A stretch of DNA of 64,000 bases from contig CABSBF010000005.1 in NCBI GenBank assembly GCA_902475855.1, forward strand, positions 1,741 through 65,740, in the 5' to 3' direction. Below the pieces are notes generated by a model that was given only the letters and a program-made list of their open reading frames with translations, was not told the DNA's origin and did no database searches. The DNA is from an uncultured Eubacteriales bacterium. Its GTDB lineage: Bacteria > Bacillota > Clostridia > Oscillospirales > Oscillospiraceae. Below, one piece after another: positions 58,136-64,000 of this stretch; within the stretch, counting starts at the first letter, position 1, and the number at the start of each line of letters is the position of its first letter. The translations under genes were made by a program, and so were the position numbers.

Positions 58136-59179
58136 TTAGAATTGAGACAGGAAACGGATATCATTGTCGAAGATCAGACGCAGATCATTGAAGCGCAGGC
58201 GGCCCATGGCCATGCGCTCCAGACCAATACCGAAGGCAAAGCCGGAATACTTCTTCGAATCAATGCCGCAGCCCTCAAGCACCTTCGGATGCACCATGCC
58301 GGCGCCCAGCAGCTCGATCCAGCCCTCGCCGTGGCAGGTGGAGCAGACCTGTCCGCCCGCTTCGCCCGTGCCGTGGCACTTGAAGCACTGCATATCGACC
58401 TCACAGCTCGGCTCAGTGAAGGGGAAATGGTGCGGACGGAAGCGGACGACGGCATCTTCGCCGTACAGCCGCTTGATCAGTGTTTCCAGTGCACCCTTGA
58501 GGTCGCCCATGGTGATGCCCTCGTCCACAACCAGACCTTCGATCTGGTGGAACATGGGGGAATGCGTTGCGTCGGCCTCATCCTTGCGGAACACGCGGCC
58601 CGGAGCAAGTATCCGGATGGGCGGCTTCTGGCTTTCCATGACGCGGATCTGAATGGGACTGGTCTGCGTGCGCAGCAGAACCTCGTCGTTATCGTCAAAA
58701 TAGAAGGTATCCGAGCGGTCGCGGGAGGGATGCCCTTCCTCGATGTTCAGACGGGTGAAGTTATAGGCGGCCTCCTCAACCTCCGGACCGTCAACAATCT
58801 GATAGCCCATACCGATGAAGATCTCCTTGACCTCCTGCAAGACCTTGTTCATGGGATGCTGGTGGCCCATTTCAATCTCCTTGCCGGGGATGGTCACGTC
58901 CACGGCTTCCGCTGCCAGCTTTTCCTCCAACGCGGCAGCAGCCAGCTCGGCTTTGCGCTCTTCCAGTTTTTCCTCCAGCGCGGCACGCACGCTGTTGGCA
59001 AGCTGACCCATGACAGGGCGCTCCTCCGCAGAAAGCTTTCCCATCTGTTTCAGAAGTGCGGTCAGCTCACCCTTTTTGCCCAGCACACGGACACGCACGG
59101 CGTCCAGGGAGACATTATCCAGCGCGGCGTGGATGTCCGACAGAGTCTGGGTTTTGATTCTTTCGAGTTGTTCTCTCAT
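58136..59179 (-). CDS. pheS: Phenylalanyl-tRNA synthetase alpha subunit
   Basis: LGKKG, LLRTQTSP, DATHSPMFHQIEG, FPFTEPS, GFAFGIGLER. Confidence 0.98.
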   Translation of the reverse strand: MREQLERIKTQTLSDIHAALDNVSLDAVRVRVLGKKGELTALLKQMGKLSAEERPVMGQLANSVRAALEEKLEERKAELAAAALEEKLAAEAVDVTIPGKEIEMGHQHPMNKVLQEVKEIFIGMGYQIVDGPEVEEAAYNFTRLNIEEGHPSRDRSDTFYFDDNDEVLLRTQTSPIQIRVMESQKPPIRILAPGRVFRKDEADATHSPMFHQIEGLVVDEGITMGDLKGALETLIKRLYGEDAVVRFRPHHFPFTEPSCEVDMQCFKCHGTGEAGGQVCSTCHGEGWIELLGAGMVHPKVLEGCGIDSKKYSGFAFGIGLERMAMGRLRFNDLRLIFDNDIRFLSQF

Positions 59180-59305
59180 ACCTGATCTCCTTAATTCCTA
59201 GATTTCCTTGTATTCTGTTGCCTTTTTAAGAACCTTTGAATCAAACTACAGGACTGGATGGCGAAGATCAGCCATCCGCCGCAGGGGGATTTATTCAGAG
59301 ACTCC

Positions 59306-59550
59306 TAAAAAAGAAAAAGCCCTTCGCCCAACTGGGGACGAAAGACCATGCTTCCGCGGTACCACCCGCAATTCGCTGCAAACACAGCGCGCTCCTGCCG
59401 GTAACGGGGCGATCCGTCCGGGCCTACTTTACTGTTCAGCCGGAAGCTCACGGGAGAAAGCCTGCACTGCGGTTCGGCGGACGGTTTCAGCAATTCGTCC
59501 TCTCTGTAGCCGATGCTTCGCAGCCGGCGGCCCGGTCAAAGCCTGTTTCA
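59306..59550 (-). promoter_or_regulatory. Phe T-box riboswitch
   Basis: Minus strand stem I with AGAGA and GCTGAAA loops, TTC/TTT specifier region, T-box AATTGCGGGTGGTACCGCG, terminator with long U-tract. Confidence 0.92.
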
Positions 59551-59662
59551 ATATTGCCCGATTATTCTAGCACACAAAAGGGACGGATGCAAGCGCTTCG
59601 GCAAAAATCTTGACTATTTTTCCGAAAAGCATATAATAAAAGCAAAAAGGGGGGCGGGAAAT

Positions 59663-60535
59663 ATGGCGAGGATTTTGGTCAGAGCGCCGCTGCGCGAGGT
59701 CAGTGCGCAGACGCTGCGGCGCTGGCTTCCCACGCGGCCGCGCAATGCGCACAAGGGGAATTGCGGCAAGGTTCTGCTGCTCTGCGGCGCAGCAGGCTAT
59801 ACCGGCGCGCCTGCACTGGCGGCCGGAGGCGCGCTGCGCACAGGCGCGGGGCTTGTTTTTCTCGGCGTGGCGGAGCCGGTCTATCCCATTGTGGCGGCGA
59901 AGTTGGACGAGCCCGTCATCTTTCCTCTTCCGGCAAAGGACGGAATGCTCTGCGAGGCGGCGATCCCGGAAATTCTCTCGCGGCTTTCCGGCTGCGATGC
60001 CTGCCTGATTGGCTGCGGTCTTGGACGGAGCCAAGGGACATTTGCGGTCGTCCGTGCGGTGCTGGAGCACGCAAAATGCCCGGTTGTTGTGGATGCAGAT
60101 GGCATAAACGTGCTGCAAGGGCATATAGATGTATTGCGCGGTGCGGCTTGTCCGGTCATTCTGACGCCCCATGACGGGGAGTTTCTCCGCCTCGGCGGGG
60201 TTCTGGCGGGCAGAAACCGGGTGCAGGCGGCGCGCGAGCTTTTCCAGGCGACCGGGGCGACCATTCTTTTGAAGGGACATCGTAGTATCATCTATGGTGC
60301 TGATGGGTGTTATGTCAATCGAACAGGCAACCCGGGCATGGCTACCGGCGGAAGCGGCGATGTGCTGTCCGGTGTGATCGTGTCCCTGCTGGGGCAGGGA
60401 CTGACACCCGTGCAGGCCGCGGCAGCGGGCGCATGGCTGCATGGCGCAGCGGGCGACCGCTGTGCAAAACGACTGGGGGAGCGCGGGCTGCTGCCAACGG
60501 ATCTTCTGGAGGAGCTGCCGCGACTACTGAAATAG
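59663..60535 (+). CDS. nnrD: ADP-dependent NAD(P)H-hydrate dehydratase
   Basis: HKGNCGKV, GYTGAP, GCGLG, VVDADG, LTPHDGEF, LLKG, MATGGSGDVL. Confidence 0.93.
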   Translation: MARILVRAPLREVSAQTLRRWLPTRPRNAHKGNCGKVLLLCGAAGYTGAPALAAGGALRTGAGLVFLGVAEPVYPIVAAKLDEPVIFPLPAKDGMLCEAAIPEILSRLSGCDACLIGCGLGRSQGTFAVVRAVLEHAKCPVVVDADGINVLQGHIDVLRGAACPVILTPHDGEFLRLGGVLAGRNRVQAARELFQATGATILLKGHRSIIYGADGCYVNRTGNPGMATGGSGDVLSGVIVSLLGQGLTPVQAAAAGAWLHGAAGDRCAKRLGERGLLPTDLLEELPRLLK

Positions 60536-60546
60536 GATGTGGTTCC

Positions 60547-61116
60547 TTGCGCCGGTTTGCAGCGATTTTTCTTTTTATTATTATAATAGTAGGTACTGCT
60601 CTGACGGGCTGCGCTTCGGAAAAAGAAACGCTTTCACCTGCTATCGAATTCCGCGCCGCGGCAGCGCGGGGAGGATGTAGCTTTCACGCGGTGGTACAGG
60701 CCAATCTGGGAGAGACGGCGGCCTGTTTCGCTATGGACTGTGACGCGGCGCCGGACGGCGCGGTCACTCTGACTGTAACAGAACCGGAAACCCTCTCCGG
60801 CATCACCGCACGCGTCGCGGCGGAAACGGGACAGCTCACCTTTGACGGTCTGGCTCTGGATTTCGGTCTGCTGGCCAACGGCAATGTCGTCCCGGCAGCA
60901 GCGCCGGCGATCGTCGCAGACTGCTGGCTGCGGCAGTATATTTCCTCTGCCGGACAGGAGAAAGAATACTACCGCGTGACCTACGAACGGGATTTTGACG
61001 AAAAAAAGCTCTTCGTGGATACATGGTTTGAAAACGCGGTACCAATTTGCGCGGAAGTGTGCTATAATGGTCAGCGTATTCTGAAATTGCAGATCACAGA
61101 TTTTACTTTGAAATAA
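60547..61116 (+). CDS. Hypothetical lipoprotein (positional analogue of B. subtilis ydcC, possibly LolA-like fold)
   Basis: TTG start, lipobox LTGC, TVTEPETLSG motif, between nnrD and alr; start uncertain. Confidence 0.65.
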   Translation: MRRFAAIFLFIIIIVGTALTGCASEKETLSPAIEFRAAAARGGCSFHAVVQANLGETAACFAMDCDAAPDGAVTLTVTEPETLSGITARVAAETGQLTFDGLALDFGLLANGNVVPAAAPAIVADCWLRQYISSAGQEKEYYRVTYERDFDEKKLFVDTWFENAVPICAEVCYNGQRILKLQITDFTLK

Positions 61117-61129
61117 CGGACGATGACAT

Positions 61130-62305
61130 ATGGATTACTTAAAGAGAACCTGGGCGGATATTTCGCTTGACAATCTGAATCACAACTACCGGCAGCTTCG
61201 TGCGAAGCTGCCGAATACCTGCCGCTTCCTGGGCGTGGTCAAGGCCGATGCCTATGGCCACGGCGCGGTGCCGGTCAGCCGCCACTTAAATGAGCTGGGG
61301 GCGGAGTATCTGGCCGTATCCAATATCGAGGAGGCGGTGCAGCTTCGCCGCGGCGGTATCCGCGGGCCGGTACTGATCCTCGGCTACACGCCGCCGTTTT
61401 ATGCGGTCGATCTTGCCGGGATGAATCTGCGGCAGGAAGTACATAGTCTGGAATATGCCCGGCGGCTGAACGAGCGGCTGACGGGTACGAACCGCCGCAT
61501 CCGCATCCACCTCAAGCTGGATACCGGGATGTCCCGCCTCGGCTTCTTTGCCTATGACGACGATAAGACATTGGACGAGATCAAAGAGGTAGCGCAGATG
61601 CCGCACCTTCTGATCGAGGGCGCATTTACCCATTTCCCAGTGGCCGATTCGACTGCACCGGAGGATGTGGCCTTCACGCGGCTGCAATTTGAGCGATTTA
61701 TGCAGATGCTCTCGGCACTGAAGGGCTGCGGCATAGAACCGGCGATCCGCCATTGCTGCAACAGCGGCGCGAGCATCCTGTATCCGGAATATGCACTGGA
61801 TATGGTGCGGCCCGGCATTGCGACCTATGGCGTTTTGCCCTCTGCGGATGTTGCGGGCAAAATCGACCTGAGGCCTGTCATGTCCCTGCGCACGACGATT
61901 TTCCAGCTCCGCGATTACGAGCCGGGCGTTTCCATCAGTTACGGCCGCGCTTATACGACAACGGGAAAACAGCGCATCGCGGTGGTCGGCATCGGCTATG
62001 CCGACGGCCTGTCACGCAGCTTCTCCGGCAGGATTTCCTTCCTGCTGCACGGAAAGCGCGTGCCGCAGGTCGGGCGCATCTGCATGGATATGTGCATGGT
62101 GGATGTCACAAGTGTGCCGGAGGCGAAGGTCGGCGATGTGGTGACGGTGTTCGGTGAGGACGGCGGCGACTGCATCCCGGTCGATGCACTGGCCGAGCAG
62201 CTCGGCACAATCTCCTACGAGGTTCTGTGCGGCATCAACAAGCGCATTCCGCGCATCTATCTCGACGGGGAAACACAGACCGAAATTCTGCAATATATCG
62301 TATAA
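61130..62305 (+). CDS. alr: Alanine racemase
   Basis: VVKADAYGHG, HLKLDTGMSRLG, MVRPGI, GYADG, GRICMD, TISYE. Confidence 0.97.
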   Translation: MDYLKRTWADISLDNLNHNYRQLRAKLPNTCRFLGVVKADAYGHGAVPVSRHLNELGAEYLAVSNIEEAVQLRRGGIRGPVLILGYTPPFYAVDLAGMNLRQEVHSLEYARRLNERLTGTNRRIRIHLKLDTGMSRLGFFAYDDDKTLDEIKEVAQMPHLLIEGAFTHFPVADSTAPEDVAFTRLQFERFMQMLSALKGCGIEPAIRHCCNSGASILYPEYALDMVRPGIATYGVLPSADVAGKIDLRPVMSLRTTIFQLRDYEPGVSISYGRAYTTTGKQRIAVVGIGYADGLSRSFSGRISFLLHGKRVPQVGRICMDMCMVDVTSVPEAKVGDVVTVFGEDGGDCIPVDALAEQLGTISYEVLCGINKRIPRIYLDGETQTEILQYIV

Positions 62306-62441
62306 TCCGCACGCCGCCGTGCATAGAATGGAAAGGAGTTCTCGGCGTATAAATTCCGCTTCTGCGTGGGAAACTATCCTTGTCGGCGTTACATAGGCAA
62401 CTGTGTAACGACGGAGATTATTTTCACGGAGCGTGAAGCAA

Positions 62442-62804
62442 ATGGATACAACCGTTAAGAGGGGCGACATCTTTTACGCCGACCTGAGCCCTGTTGTCGG
62501 AAGTGAGCAGGGCGGAACCCGCCCGGTGCTGATTGTGCAGAACGACACCGGGAACAAGCATTCCCCAACCGTTATCGCCGCTGCTATCACCAGCCAGACC
62601 AATAAGGCGAAGCTGCCGACGCACATTGAACTGTCCGGCCGGAGTGTGGGACTGACGAAGGACTCCGTGGTGCTTCTTGAGCAGATCCGCACGATCGACA
62701 AGCGCCGTCTGCGCGAGCACATGGGGCATGTGGACGAGACAATGATGAATCAGGTGGACAACGCCATTGCGGTCAGCTTCGGCCTGCCGCAGGGGCTGGG
62801 TTGA
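62442..62804 (+). CDS. mazF: MazF/PemK (NdoA-like) endoribonuclease
   Basis: [42 protein letters not shown]. Confidence 0.95.
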   Translation: MDTTVKRGDIFYADLSPVVGSEQGGTRPVLIVQNDTGNKHSPTVIAAAITSQTNKAKLPTHIELSGRSVGLTKDSVVLLEQIRTIDKRRLREHMGHVDETMMNQVDNAIAVSFGLPQGLG

Positions 62805-62890
62805 CATTTTTTTGCGCCGTTCTCGGAAGAGAACGGCGTGTTTTTCATTTTCCCGAGGAGTGCCGCATAGACTCTGAGGGAGGGATTCGT

Positions 62891-63424
62891 ATGACGAAAC
62901 TTGAAGTGTTTGCACACGGAAAAACGATTGGCACGGCGGAAGTGCGGCAGGAGGGATTGTTTCTGGCGTTTTCAGCAGCGCTCCGGCAGGAAGGCGATAC
63001 GCTGCTTCGGCTGTATGCCGTTTCGGGCTGGCACAGTGAATATCTGGGGATTCCCTGTCCGGCAGGGGAGGAAATGCGTTTGAATGTGCGGCTGCCGGCA
63101 AGCCATTTTCCGTCTCCGCCGACCGTGATCGCGGCCGATTCCCGTCCGAGAGACGAATGGATGCCGTGGTGCGGGGAACTGGACGGCATTCCGGTGCATG
63201 CCTGCCGTATCCAGAATTCGCCTGAGGGACCGGTGCTTGCAATGGCGGCGGAGGAGGCGGAGCAGTTTCCGCAATGGCTCTCTCACATGGAGGAAGCGGA
63301 GCTTGGAGGAGAGAGTGTCCGCCTGCTGCGCCTGAATCCGGATGGCTCCGTGACGTTCCCGGAAGAAGAGGAAGTGCCGCAGACCGTAGCCGCAGCAGAG
63401 GAAGAACCGCATGGGGCGGAATAA
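62891..63424 (+). CDS. Hypothetical protein
   Basis: RBS GGGAGG, 177-aa ORF followed by a terminator. Confidence 0.7.
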   Translation: MTKLEVFAHGKTIGTAEVRQEGLFLAFSAALRQEGDTLLRLYAVSGWHSEYLGIPCPAGEEMRLNVRLPASHFPSPPTVIAADSRPRDEWMPWCGELDGIPVHACRIQNSPEGPVLAMAAEEAEQFPQWLSHMEEAELGGESVRLLRLNPDGSVTFPEEEEVPQTVAAAEEEPHGAE

Positions 63425-63435
63425 GGGCTAAGAAG

Positions 63436-63467
63436 AAAGCGCTTCCGGACTTGCCGGAGGCGCTTTC
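63436..63467 (+). terminator. Intrinsic terminator
   Basis: GAAAGCGCTTCCGG...CCGGAGGCGCTTTC. Confidence 0.7.
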
Positions 63468-63499
63468 AAGATATATATGCGGAAAAGCCTGAATTTCGA

Positions 63500-63529
63500 T
63501 TGACAATTTCTTCCCTAGAGTGCTATAAT
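63500..63529 (+). promoter_or_regulatory. Sigma-A promoter
   Basis: TTGACA-N18-TATAAT with extended TG. Confidence 0.65.
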
Positions 63530-63581
63530 AATTTAGTTGTGTTGTCTGCACGACGAATCTTGAGAATGAGGAGAATGCCCC

Positions 63582-64000
63582 ATGCATTATACAATGACGA
63601 TCGCAGGCGTGAAAAGAGATTTGCCGATCTGCAAGGTTACGGACGACCTTTACATCGGCGCATTCGTGATTTTCGGGGACGTCGAGCTGACGGTCAAGAC
63701 GGCGGCGGCCCTGCTGGAAAAGGCACCGGAGTACGACTACATGATTTCCGCAGAGGCGAAGGGAATCCCGCTGATTCACGAAATGGCACGCCAGAGCGGA
63801 CAGAACAAGTATTTCCTTGCGCGGAAGGCGCCGAAGCTCTATATGTCCGGCGTGTTTGAGGTCACGGTTCGCTCCATCACCACAGCCAAGGAACAGCACC
63901 TCTATCTGGATACTGCCGATGCCGAGCTGATGCGCGGCAAGCGCATCCTCATCGTGGATGATGTGATCTCCACGGGAGAGTCTTTGGAGGCGGTGGAAAA
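63582..64000 (+). CDS. Type I phosphoribosyltransferase (adenine/xanthine PRT-like), 3'-partial
   Basis: Not in the ORF track; read manually as MHYTMTIAG...AEAKGIP...ARK...ILIVDDVISTGES (PRPP-binding loop). Confidence 0.9.
   Translation, partial: MHYTMTIAGVKRDLPICKVTDDLYIGAFVIFGDVELTVKTAAALLEKAPEYDYMISAEAKGIPLIHEMARQSGQNKYFLARKAPKLYMSGVFEVTVRSITTAKEQHLYLDTADAELMRGKRILIVDDVISTGESLEAVE

Noticed and set aside
58318..58392. CxxC...CxxC insert in PheS
   Set aside because: A Cys-rich insert at this position is common in Firmicutes PheS.
63500..63859. 119-aa ORF in the track
   Set aside because: Wrong frame; the real gene is the PRTase starting at 63582 and running off the window.

Overview
GC-rich Firmicutes chromosomal window, probably Clostridia (Oscillospiraceae-like). 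No CRISPR array, integrase, transposase or phage gene is recognisable. (1) 1-28.5 kb: a glycan utilisation locus with the 3' part of a sortase-anchored multidomain enzyme (probably a GH85 endo-beta-N-acetylglucosaminidase), a YesM/YesN-type two-component system with its own solute-binding protein, GH20, an ABC importer, GH38, GH3, xylulokinase, a fucose-isomerase-family (XylA-II-like) isomerase, an aldose epimerase, GH2 beta-mannosidase, YesL and nagB. This set fits degradation of xylosylated (plant-type) N-glycans. (2) 28.7-39.5 kb: pcp, a DUF4349 lipoprotein, potABCD, an operon of an M4 protease plus two unknown lipoproteins, and tRNA-Leu(TAA). (3) 39.5-52 kb: a LysR gene followed by a tightly coupled minus-strand operon mdh-fumC-hdrBCA-mvhD/flxD-flxCBA-frdB-frdA-small membrane protein, a candidate soluble electron-bifurcating fumarate-reduction (succinate-forming) system. 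(4) 52-64 kb: an orphan cobalamin-riboswitch-like RNA, rplJL with L10 leader, an NlpC/P60 hydrolase, ireB/reoM, T-box pheST, nnrD, alr, a mazF with no adjacent antitoxin, and a partial PRTase. All calls come from motif recognition by eye; no searches were run.
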